Shown: positions 52,848 through 62,999 of the stretch, one piece after another
How the letters are laid out: each line of letters starts with the position of its first letter
How positions within the stretch are numbered: position 1 is the stretch's first letter
From: Balanoglossus misakiensis
Lineage: Eukaryota > Animalia > Hemichordata
Assembly: GCA_040954595.2 (NCBI GenBank)
Contig: CM082576.2
Coordinates: 17,035,028 to 17,099,027, forward strand
Direction of reading: 5' to 3'
Length of the DNA: 64,000 nt
Notes under the pieces: model-generated
What the model saw: the letters and a program-made list of their open reading frames with translations, nothing else
What the model was told of the DNA's origin: nothing
Database searches by the model: none
Translations under genes and position numbers: made by a program

Positions 52848-53752
52848 TACATATAATCCCATGATATCTTTCTTTGTTTGACGTCATCGTATACGAGTGG
52901 TCTTCGCGGAGCAGTGCAAGTTCGAGCCGCAGGCGAGAAGTTGTACGCTTCCGCGAAAACCACGAGTATACGATGACGTTAAACAAAGAAAGATATCATG
53001 GGATTATATATTTATCACATGAACAGTCTTCTTATTTTTCGTTAGAAGAGGCAGGACTAAAACAATTCAGTACCTTGCAACAATTTTGGAGCGGTGTCGT
53101 ATTTTACTGAGCGGGATTATGTCCCCCAGGAGATATATGTTGGGAGATTTTATGAATGATCAGCGATAGTTCACCATTTGCATATACGCAAATGGTGAAC
53201 TATCGCTGATCATTCATAAAATCTCCCAACAAGTCGTCCCGTTGAGTTCCGTTCGCTCGAAGTTCGGCCTTACACAAATGTAATCGATTCTCTAACAATT
53301 TTACTGCAACCTGTTGCCACGTCTTATACATTTCGTTGACTGGTGCAATAGAGAGGTTCAGTCGTCACGCTGAACTGGCTCGAAACAATTCCCCACACTG
53401 ATTCGACTCGGAACGTACCGGACTTGCGCCTAGCCTAGGCTATGTACACCTGACCCAAAACATTGACAGCCACGATCGTCCATGATCGTTGCGTCGACTG
53501 TCTTCTTTCCAAATTCCACCTTTCTGTTTTGAGCTTACAAAGCGTTATTGTCATGGAACCGTCATTTTTTTATTTCATTTCTGTATTGTAAATGCCGCGC
53601 GCTACACGTACTGTTTCTGTTTGACAACAAAGCTACGGCGAATCGGTGGAAATAGTTCCGGTTGATGACGTAACACAGGGGTGATCAGGATTTTTGATCT
53701 GTCCTGGTCTACGTCACACAGGTGGTGATCAGGGCCAGTTCATGTGATAATA
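52848..53752. mobile_element. Non-autonomous Crypton-type element in tandem with Crypton 3
   Basis: Hairpin TATAATCCCATGATATCTTTC…GAAAGATATCATGGGATTATA. Inverted repeat TTATCACATGAAC (53012) / GTTCATGTGATAA (53738). Decayed arms also at ~25950 and ~35970. Confidence 0.72.
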
Positions 53753-53755
53753 AAA

Positions 53756-53804
<49 letters not shown>

Positions 53805-54066
53805 GTTAAGGGGTTTAAAGAATTATATAAACAATTTATCAATTTAATAAGCACGGGTGGATTTTCTGTACAATCATTCCTGATTCTTCAGATTCATAAT
53901 TTAGCGTAGACTAGCCCACTAGTCGCTTGGTGATTTTTAAATCTCAATACTTTTTGTGTTTTCGGTGGTTTTTTGTCTTAATAAATAATTTCAATACTTT
54001 TTGCGTGCATGCTTGCCTTTAGCGTGTTTTCGGTAGTGAGGCGAGTTTCGAATTTGCGACTGAGCT

Positions 54067-54820
54067 TGTGGTTTCGGGTCACGTTCCCTACACAGCCCAT
54101 ACACTTGGAGCAAGTCTAAATTTAGCGCTTAAGACAACATTTTGTAGCGTTTTCCCCAACTTCAACGCCACGGAAAGGTTTCCCTAGTCAATGCCCGTAA
54201 CGCATACTCACCTAGTTGAGTGCGTGCAGGCGGTCCGGGTCCAGAACAAGTAGAGCATGTAGCACCAGACCATGGACGAGACGAGAGAGAACCCCGACTT
54301 CCGGTCCCACGGTGTTATATATAACCTTCACGGGGTCACGTGACTGGTCACATAAGGGTCACCACCCAATCAGCATTTCCACAGGAATCTCCAGGCACTG
54401 GTATACTCCAGGTGAGGTATTCTCCAGAAATACCCATCGTCGTAAAACCACGACCTGTTTACGGCAACTGCTACGCGCTACCGCCAACAGGCCGTGGTGG
54501 ATTTGGAAGGTTTTCGCGGATCCCAGCGTCAGTTCCAGCAGCCAGACAAAGGAACCAATCAGAGAGCCCGTCTCATAAAACTGCATAACTTATTTAAATG
54601 ACAGTGCAAAATGGCGGATTTAAAGCTGACAGCAGCCGAAGAGCTCGCGATAAAACGACTACTGATTGGCTAATTCCAATGTCGTTTCTCATGAATAATT
54701 CATTAGTCTACGTCCTAAATTCCGGGGTTCCCTACTGTAATCTGCCAGAGCCCGTTTTTTGCGTAGCTCCGCGGAGCGGAAACACGGTCGGCTCTGGCTT
54801 GCGAGAATGGAAATACCACA
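54067..54820 (-). repeat. 3' LTR of Gypsy-2 (~754 bp)
   Basis: TGTGGT…ACCACA inverted termini. A polypurine tract GAAGAAAACAGGGGAGAG lies immediately upstream on the minus strand (54821-54838). TATA-like TTATATATAA at ~54314. Confidence 0.75.
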
Positions 54821-54946
54821 CTCTCCCCTGTTTTCTTCTGAAGCGATGGGTTCCGTGTGGATCACTGGAAACTGGGAGATTCCTTTCATAGATGGTTAGA
54901 TGATTATGGACGGAACAGCCGACTCGAATCAATCCGGGATATGGCA

Positions 54947-57566
54947 CATTTTTTCATTTTTCTCTTTTGGGGACTGTTTAGAGCCATACCGTCGAGGTCG
55001 ATTCTTACATGATGGTGGCAAACACAATTTTACTGCCACTGGGGAGGGACCGGAAGTAACAAAAATCAACAAGCAAAAATATCCCCAGTGGCGTGGGCCC
55101 AGATAAAAGGGAAAGACCCATGGAAGGCAGCTCCGGATGTAATATGGATTTCACAGTCTAACACCAATACTGCAGCCTAGGACCCCCCCCAAAGATTACC
55201 CGTTCAGTCGAAGCCGTACAAGCGCCTGGTGTTGTTGGCAGCAGCTCCCAGTAGTTGGTTCAGAGGTATCCCCCGCCGCGCCGCAACCAGGACAGCAACA
55301 TCTCCGATAAAGGCTGGAGTGTTGGGCTTGGCACCATTGGCCACAGGGAAGTACGGGGAGTCCGTCTCCAAGAGAAGACGATCCTCTGGCACCGCCCTGA
55401 GTGCTTCAAGCTGAGGGGTAGAAAAAGTGTTAACACCAGCATTAAAGCTGAAGTAACAGTACGGATAATCCCTGATCCAGCACTCGACCACAAAACGATC
55501 TCCAGTGAAGCCATGGAAGTGGATCAACTGCTCACTGGCGCAGTACTCACGAACGAGTTCAAGAGCCCTACACCCGACAGCAGCAATACACACATCTCCC
55601 GTAGCTCCTCTGATGTGCAGAACCAGGACCTTCCGTGGATCACACAGGGAAAGGGCCAACCTGAACACGGTCTCCTGGAGGGGCCATTTGTCTGCCGCAA
55701 CAGAGAAATCTAACCCAACCTCCCCAATTGCTGCCACCTGAGGGGATTGGATTAATTCCTTGAACTTCTCCAGTCGATTTCCAGTCAGTGTTGCCGCCTG
55801 TTTGGGATGTATTCCCACAGCAATTTTCCAACGCTTACTCCGGGAAAGATTGGTGGGAAAAGTCGTAGGGTCACAGTAAACCTCCACCCCACCCAATACG
55901 GGAATCCCCGTCAGTGATTTCAGCATGGAAGGGGAGGAGACCACTACGTCCGATGTCACGCGGGTGACAGTACCCCGCCACGAAGAAGTCAATCGATCCA
56001 AATGAAAATGAGAATCAAAGGCTCCTAGTGGCGAAGCCGCACTGCCAACGCATTTCACCTTACCCTTAGACTTAGTCGGGTGAGGACCTACATCCAAACT
56101 CTGGCTCCCTGAAGCAGAAGCAGTTGCCGAGGCAATCAAATCTTGCACTTCCTGTGATCGGGACACAGTGCACGACTTCCTGGGCAGAGGATGGCTCTGC
56201 TTGGTTTTCTTGGCCTGCAGAATCTGCCGATCCCCGCTGAAGAGGCCTGCAAACTCATTTTTTCATTTTTCTCTTTTGGGGACTGTTTAGAGCCATACCG
56301 TCGAGGTCGATTCTTACATGATGGTGGCAAACACAATTTTACTGCCACTGGGGAGGGACCGGAAGTAACAAAAATCAACAAGCAAAAATATCCCCAGTGG
56401 CGTGGGCCCAGATAAAAGGGAAAGACCCATGGAAGGCAGCTCCGGATGTAATATGGATTTCACAGTCTAACACCAATACTGCAGCCTAGGACCCCCCCCC
56501 AAAGATTACCCGTTCAGTCGAAGCCGTACAAGCGCCTGGTGTTGTTGGCAGCAGCTCCCAGTAGTTGGTTCAGAGGTATCCCCCGCCGCGCCGCAACCAG
56601 GACAGCAACATCTCCGATAAAGGCTGGAGTGTTGGGCTTGGCACCATTGGCCACAGGGAAGTACGGGGAGTCCGTCTCCAAGAGAAGACGATCCTCTGGC
56701 ACCGCCCTGAGTGCTTCAAGCTGAGGGGTAGAAAAAGTGTTAACACCAGCATTAAAGCTGAAGTAACAGTACGGATAATCCCTGATCCAGCACTCGACCA
56801 CAAAACGATCTCCAGTGAAGCCATGGAAGTGGATCAACTGCTCACTGGCGCAGTACTCACGAACGAGTTCAAGAGCCCTACACCCGACAGCAGCAATACA
56901 CACATCTCCCGTAGCTCCTCTGATGTGCAGAACCAGGACCTTCCGTGGATCACACAGGGAAAGGGCCAACCTGAACACGGTCTCCTGGAGGGGCCATTTG
57001 TCTGCCGCAACAGAGAAATCTAACCCAACCTCCCCAATTGCTGCCACCTGAGGGGATTGGATTAATTCCTTGAACTTCTCCAGTCGATTTCCAGTCAGTG
57101 TTGCCGCCTGTTTGGGATGTATTCCCACAGCAATTTTCCAACGCTTACTCCGGGAAAGATTGGTGGGAAAAGTCGTAGGGTCACAGTAAACCTCCACCCC
57201 ACCCAATACGGGAATCCCCGTCAGTGATTTCAGCATGGAAGGGGAGGAGACCACTACGTCCGATGTCACGCGGGTGACAGTACCCCGCCACGAAGAAGTC
57301 AATCGATCCAAATGAAAATGAGAATCAAAGGCTCCTAGTGGCGAAGCCGCACTGCCAACGCATTTCACCTTACCCTTAGACTTAGTCGGGTGAGGACCTA
57401 CATCCAAACTCTGGCTCCCTGAAGCAGAAGCAGTTGCCGAGGCAATCAAATCTTGCACTTCCTGTGATCGGGACACAGTGCACGACTTCCTGGGCAGAGG
57501 ATGGCTCTGCTTGGTTTTCTTGGCCTGCAGAATCTGCCGATCCCCGCTGAAGAGGCCTGCAAACTC
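54947..57566. repeat. ~1.31-kb near-identical tandem duplication covering the TatD domain and 3' UTR
   Basis: 54947-56256 matches 56256-57566. Identical ORF sets are offset by 1310 (55204/56514, 55229/56539). Confidence 0.95.
55204..56166 (-). pseudogene. Duplicated TatD-domain segment of ORF3 (GTG-initiated in the ORF track, no native start)
   Basis: Identical to the C-terminal ~320 aa of ORF 56514-58883. Confidence 0.75.
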
Positions 57567-58883
57567 CGCTCTCTGCAAAGGAGAAAGAAAACCCAGCAAA
57601 ACCAAGAGCACTCTCCAGTGAACGAGTACAGCGGGAGAATTTGGCGGGTGGAGTCCAAACCGTAGCATGGGCTCCCACCCCAAATCCCTACATAGCTGAT
57701 GCATCAAAGGAAAATACTCTTCCTCTACCGATGAAACCGGCGGAAGAAAGACATGGCCAAACCGCTTGAAATAAACCAACAAGCTCATGGCCGGTGAACC
57801 TGGTGATCCCCCAACAATCCAGGAATGAAGAATGCCCAAAGCATGGAACACTCTCCAAGCCTCGAAAGGATGATCACCCCGGAGTACCGGAGGAACATGC
57901 TTACCCAAGACATGAGCCCTGAGGTCCACAGTTACCTCCGTGCACTCCGGCAAGGGACAACGAACATGACCTGCCGGCGGTATTCCAAGGTAGCCTGGGG
58001 GAAGAGGAACGAGAGGGGGTTGCCCTAAACCAACCGGGAGAAAAGCCTCACTAAAGGGTCCGACCAGAGAAAGAGGGCCAGATCGTTGCACCCGCTGACT
58101 CCCTGCGGAGCCAACAGGAGGCTGATTCAGAACCCCCTTCCCCTTCTTGCCTTTACTGGACTTCTTCTTACCCTGGCCGGTTGCCACCACAGCCTTCCTC
58201 ACCGCTGGTCCTCGTTGCGGGCTAGCCGTTTCCATAGGCGCAGGAAGTACTTCCGGCGCTGCCTCCACCGGGGCAGAAACCAACACCGGTTGCACCTCCG
58301 GTATGGATCCAACCGGTGGACATACCAGTTCCCCCGCCCCCGGCCCCCGAGCGCGTTGGACGTCTGGCAGATGTGCTGCGGGCAGCACCTCTTGCGGGAT
58401 ATCTGAGTGCACAGACTCCCGCTGCCATCTTTCCACTTGCTCAGGGTCCTGAAGACGGAAGTCCCGGTACATACCATCAGGTGGAACTTCATACGAAGCC
58501 GACTTCTTGGACCTTTGGGGAGCAGACCAAGTGTTTTCTCTTGGATTTGGATGAGGAAGATGTTCATCAATCCAAGCGCGATCAAAACCAAGGCAAAGAT
58601 CGACGTCTTTGCGCAGGGCTCTGATCCATCCCCATCGCTTCCTCCGGGCTGCTATGGTGTATTGACCGATCAGGAGCTCCTGGCCCTGTGCCACAGACCG
58701 GTCAGGTCCCATGGAGATAACCCCGATGCCATTGACGAGCTCCCGAACTTGCCAAAGGAAGTCATTGGTGGTAGCATCGGAGATCTCCTGGCTAAGACGC
58801 TGGCGAGCGGCACTTGGACCAGTCGGAGCGACCTCCTTCCATTGGCGCTTGGGTGAGTCAGGGGGAGGAGACGAAGAAGCCAT
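56514..58883 (-). CDS. Gypsy-2 ORF3 (~789 aa): unknown N-terminal domain, Pro-rich linker, C2H2-like finger, TatD-family metal-dependent nuclease
   Basis: Open frame. TatD motifs FDSHFH, GIHP, AIGEVGLD, VLHIR, HFHGF, LLETDSP, N..RLYG. Finger CPLPEC…HVLGKH. Likely start MASSS at 58883; the ORF track extends it to 58958. Confidence 0.88.
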   Translation of the reverse strand: MASSSPPPDSPKRQWKEVAPTGPSAARQRLSQEISDATTNDFLWQVRELVNGIGVISMGPDRSVAQGQELLIGQYTIAARRKRWGWIRALRKDVDLCLGFDRAWIDEHLPHPNPRENTWSAPQRSKKSASYEVPPDGMYRDFRLQDPEQVERWQRESVHSDIPQEVLPAAHLPDVQRARGPGAGELVCPPVGSIPEVQPVLVSAPVEAAPEVLPAPMETASPQRGPAVRKAVVATGQGKKKSSKGKKGKGVLNQPPVGSAGSQRVQRSGPLSLVGPFSEAFLPVGLGQPPLVPLPPGYLGIPPAGHVRCPLPECTEVTVDLRAHVLGKHVPPVLRGDHPFEAWRVFHALGILHSWIVGGSPGSPAMSLLVYFKRFGHVFLPPVSSVEEEYFPLMHQLCRDLGWEPMLRFGLHPPNSPAVLVHWRVLLVLLGFLSPLQRAEFAGLFSGDRQILQAKKTKQSHPLPRKSCTVSRSQEVQDLIASATASASGSQSLDVGPHPTKSKGKVKCVGSAASPLGAFDSHFHLDRLTSSWRGTVTRVTSDVVVSSPSMLKSLTGIPVLGGVEVYCDPTTFPTNLSRSKRWKIAVGIHPKQAATLTGNRLEKFKELIQSPQVAAIGEVGLDFSVAADKWPLQETVFRLALSLCDPRKVLVLHIRGATGDVCIAAVGCRALELVREYCASEQLIHFHGFTGDRFVVECWIRDYPYCYFSFNAGVNTFSTPQLEALRAVPEDRLLLETDSPYFPVANGAKPNTPAFIGDVAVLVAARRGIPLNQLLGAAANNTRRLYGFD

Positions 58884-58885
58884 GT

Positions 58886-58920
58886 CTGTGGACAATGAAG
58901 AGAAAGACAATAGATTAAGA
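58886..58920 (-). promoter_or_regulatory. Putative 3' splice acceptor before Gypsy-2 ORF3
   Basis: Minus strand: TCTTAA(stop)TCTATTGTCTTTCTCTTCATTGTCCACAG|AC ATG. Confidence 0.65.
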
Positions 58921-59310
58921 ACATGCCGGACAAGTATAAACAGAAATCCTCCGCGCATCCCTGGTCGTCACCCCAACGCAGTGTCCATGGTACCACTCCG
59001 AGCAAGCATCACACTGGATCATGAACTCACCACGATAGGGCTTCCGACAAACACAATATAGTGTCGATGATACATCGGCGATCTCTGCCTTACCTGTACT
59101 ATGCCGTTTGAGATTTTCTTGATACCTCATGACCCATTGGGGCAGATCTCGGCTCCGACATAGCTTAAGCCGATCATGGTGGGCAGTTACTATGGCCCGC
59201 TGGAATTTTACCTTATACAAGTATGGTGTTAACTTGTTGATTATAATCCCAGGTCCTTTCCATGGATGACTTAATTTCCGGCTTTTCCCTTTTCCTAGAA
59301 TTGCACATAT
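58915..59310 (-). pseudogene. Gypsy-2 integrase C-terminus with PHD finger
   Basis: WKGPGIIINKLTPYLYKV…YCVCRKPYRGEFMIQCDACSEWYHGHCVG…CPAC. Clearly homologous to, but diverged from, 41501-41851. Confidence 0.88.
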
Positions 59311-60964
59311 CGTGAGATTTGAGCGCCATAGTAACCGCAAATATCGTGGAACAGGAAGGTTAGTGTTTAAATCATTGTTTTTATTCGAAATATTGACCTC
59401 TGAGTTATGCTACGTTTGTGTCAGTGTCAAACGGACGCAATGTTTACATGGCAGCCAAATAGAATCGGAGAAATGAAGAAATGTTATCACGATACTTTGG
59501 ATTTCGTGTTATTATCGCTCGAGAATTTTATTGTTTTCTCAGACGAGGTGACAGGACAGAAACACGAGGCATCTCGCGGTTCCGTTTTCAATGTTGAATT
59601 TTATGTTTTGACTGCATTTGCTTGTCAGCTGACGGGTCTTCGCATTCATCAGAAGCTATCGTGCGTCGCTGAGATTTGATTCTTCATAAACGAAAATTAT
59701 TTCATAACCATACCAAATAAAACATTTCCAGAAATTTAGAAGTTTGTAGACTTTTCTGCTAGATGTCTTTTTAGTGTTGAAGTCACGCTGAACTGCCAAA
59801 TTTAACAGACTCGCCGTCAACACTCAAAGAGTGTGTACTTCTACGAGTGTGTCCTGTAACTGCCTTCCTTCGCTAACCATACAACAACAAATAGACGGTA
59901 AACGTTTATGCAATACCAATGGATTTATGTTTTAAAACTGGTCGACAGTCAGGAAATATGCATGAACAATCGATTAATTGGATTCTCCAGCGATACTATT
60001 ATATCTTGTGATTTTTTGTAGTGAAACTGGAAATCGGCAGGCTGCACTGCCAGTTGTTCTGCACATGCGCAGTTCCTCTGTCTTGAAAGAAAAGTCAAAT
60101 TTCACCAACTTATAAATGTGCATTCGGAAAATAAACCCCAAATGTTTTCTTTGTGACCAAAAATACTGCCAGTGTGATTTTGTGTTCAAATCTAACCTAT
60201 TATTATTTAAATTGACTTGTGATACCCTCTCTTAGCACAAAAAGCATAATTTCAGCCCCAAAATGGTTGCCATAGAAACATGTGATCACTAAACGGATAT
60301 CATTTTTGTTCGTTTTGAGCCAAGATACCCCTATGGTGAAATTTTTGTGGAAATTAGTAAAATAGGGGCTAATCATCAAAACGATGGCGTATGATTTTTT
60401 AAAGTAAGTTTCCAAATTAAAACGTAAGTGAGCCAAGAAAACTACAGGTCAGATAAATTGTTTTCTCGTAAATTCAACATTAGAATCAAATTTGGCGTTG
60501 GAAACAAACGGCGGGTCGCCAGTTCCTGGTCTGGGGACTGGTTGAGTCACATTTTGATACTAATGGTATCGCCATGACCGTTGACCTCGGAGACCACAAA
60601 TTTTGAATCACGCAGACGAGCTGGAGGTTTCACTAAGAGATTGTTGCAAGCAATGCCAAAATACATCGCGAAAACTGTGGATTTTCCAGCTTTATCTACG
60701 ATATGAGGTACAGTACGGATCAGGATTGTCGAGTATGACTACTGTAAGTTGGCCCATGTCGAAATTTAGCGATTCCGATGTTGACTTGGTGTGTTTTTTG
60801 GCGAGTGAAAATCAGTTGGGTATGAGACAAGTTGCATCCCTTGTCTTTTTCTTAGGGTAGAGTATATAGGTCGGCCAGTACAGTACGTGTTAGGGGCCGG
60901 GAGAAGACAGCATGCATAGGTATGTTGGATTTTAACACATGATAGATAACAAGAACTACTACAA

Positions 60965-60998
<34 letters not shown>

Positions 60999-61180
60999 TT
61001 TTAATATTTGTTCCATTTTTTATTCATAATAATAATATTATTCATTTGACCACAACTATGAGCCTGAGTTCCCTGTGGTACAGCCACTACTCGGAGTGTA
61101 CAAGTCCGAGTACTCGGACTTTGAAGTCCGACTCGGTCTTTGAACTCGGAGTATGCACTTCGAAGTACTCTTACATACCT

Positions 61181-61611
61181 CCAGATTTGAGTGGGGGGGT
61201 GGGGTGTATCGATGCGTAGGCCTAGTGGTTGACCATGTTTAAGATGCGATCAAGTGTTGGGTCACCTTTAGCGTTATTATCTCCGCTGCCCGAGGGCCGT
61301 TGTTGTGGGGTTGGGGATCCTGGTTCTCCTGTGACCGAGGTGTTATTATCCCCGCTACCAGGGGGCCTCTGCAGTTCTACAGGAGTCCCTGGTCTCTCCT
61401 CCCCAAGGGCAAGACTCTCTACTGGTGTGAAATCCACTCTCTGAATGAAATCCTCACTTATCTCTATGTCTGATATGGTGCGGATGAGGTCAAAGGTCAA
61501 GTTGGGGTGCTTTTTGCGCAACCCCATAATGGCATTGGCTGACATTAACCCAATGTGTCCTATGGAGCATAGCTCTGCGTGTGTACATGTATTTATGAAC
61601 ACTTTACTCAT
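61181..61611 (-). pseudogene. Gypsy-1 gag N-terminus with helix-hairpin-helix-like motif
   Basis: INTCTHAELCSIGHIGLMSANAIMGLR fits the HhH/ComEA-like pattern (INTA..EL..L.GIG...A..I...R). After one TAG it reads …LKSG and joins in frame to DVTNAQ at 49268. Confidence 0.72.
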
Positions 61612-62999
61612 CTTTGAAAAAAAAAATTATTTGAAGAAAGACAAGAATAATACTAATCCCTTATGTGAAGACAATTTCTCCTTTATTCCCTATTCTAGTG
61701 AGCTATGAATACCCAAACAATTTAAATATAACAGGCCCTGTGACACCTTAAAATGAACACTATTTTAGTACAAACCCACCTTAATTTTCTATCACAAGAT
61801 AACTTTTAATTCCCAAAACGTTTGAATATACGGGACCTTATGACACCTCACAATGAAAGCTATTGATTAACAGTGCGCTGTGGTACACTTTGCGGAGACT
61901 AATCCCCCTAATTTTTTATCCCAATGAATTTTTAACTCCCACAAAACTTAGTTGTATTAATAAAATACCCCTTCCCAGTCAAGATTTCACTCCCAAAAAT
62001 TTAATTTTCCGGTGCGGAATGTACGAAGTCTTGCGAGCGCAACACCGTAACTATAGTGACCGCTCAACAAAAGGTACACAAATACCGCACCCGGAGACAA
62101 ATAGTCCAAGAGATAGGTACCGTTAATTAGAATTTTTGGTAAGGAAGGTTTGAGAAGTCAATTCTATGTAAAAAATGGTGCTGATTCTTATTGACCCCAC
62201 TCAAGACAAAATTGCCATTTTGGCCATTTTTAACCCAAAAAAGAACATTTTTAGAAAACAATAAAACCCACTGTTTTCGTCACACTCTGAGATTTGATGA
62301 CATATGATATGTTTATTCTATGTAAAATTTGGTGAATAATACGAAAAAAAGCAGTCAGATTGACCCAAAACTACACAAAATTGCCTTTTTGACCATTTTT
62401 TGCCCAAAAAACGTCATTTTAGAAAAAAATTAAAACACATGTGTTTTCTTCATAATGATTTATCTGGTGATATATGGAAAGTCAATTCTATGTTAAAGGT
62501 CTCATGCCATGCCCTATACAACCACGCGTAAAATCACTATTTGGGTCTTGAAGTTAACGTATGTTACCATCTTGCAATGCGTTTTGCCCCTTGTGCTTAG
62601 ATAACAAGCAAGTAAAAGTGGCGGGTGGGCGTGTACCCCTAACCCACCTCAGTCGAGTTTTTTCGGCTTTTCGAAGTTCAGTCGAAGACTTATCTTGATG
62701 TGGACAAATAGTCTTTCACACCTTCGTAAATCCTCTGCCTGTAATGTGAGGCAAGGGCTTCCTTTGCTTTGAACACTGTTTATATAGCTTGTCTTTGTCT
62801 GTGGACCATAGACAGTGGAGAAAAGACGGACGTGCTACTGCCGCAGACAACAAAGGAAAACGGCGATAATCCGGGAGCAACGTCTGTTGGGTAACGGCCC
62901 GGTAATACCCATGTTGCAACACCGTGTAAACAGTCAGTCGCCATCTTGGATTTGACCGTACCGCATCTACTACGCGTGTTCCCTTTTTGCTGCACTGCA

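Larger units (their letters stand above)
54067..59310 (-). mobile_element. Gypsy-2 LTR retrotransposon 3' half: integrase C-terminus-PHD, ORF3-TatD, PPT, LTR
   Basis: Order on the minus strand: KLSHPWKGPG…HHDRLK…PHD (58915-59310), long ORF3, UTR, PPT, LTR. 5' truncated at ~59310. Confidence 0.85.
50270..61077. mobile_element. P-element-like non-autonomous element (CACAG ends, 7-bp TSD) nested in the right TIR of the previous element
   Basis: TIR CACAGGGAACTCAGGCTCATAGTTGTGGTCAAATGAAT… of ~75 bp, continuing as (TTA)n at 53752 and (TAA)n at 60966. GTACAGC is duplicated at 50263-69 and 61078-84. Confidence 0.78.
49272..61180. mobile_element. Unclassified TIR DNA element inserted in Gypsy-1 gag, inflated to ~11.9 kb by nested insertions
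   Basis: TIR AGGTATGTA(G/A)G(G/A)GTACTTCGAAGTGCATACTCCGAGTTCAAAG… at 49272, inverted at 61085-61180, rich in CCGAGT/ACTCGG motifs. The flanks share (C)TCCA(G) and rejoin in frame. Confidence 0.8.

Noticed and set aside
56514-57340. Bacterial tatD contamination or a host TATDN gene
   Set aside because: It is fused to a long non-TatD N-terminus, flanked by Gypsy integrase and PPT/LTR, and has no operon context or introns.
61612-62150. 5' LTR and PBS of Gypsy-1
   Set aside because: The region looks like a 5' UTR, but no convincing PBS or TG…CA LTR pair was found.
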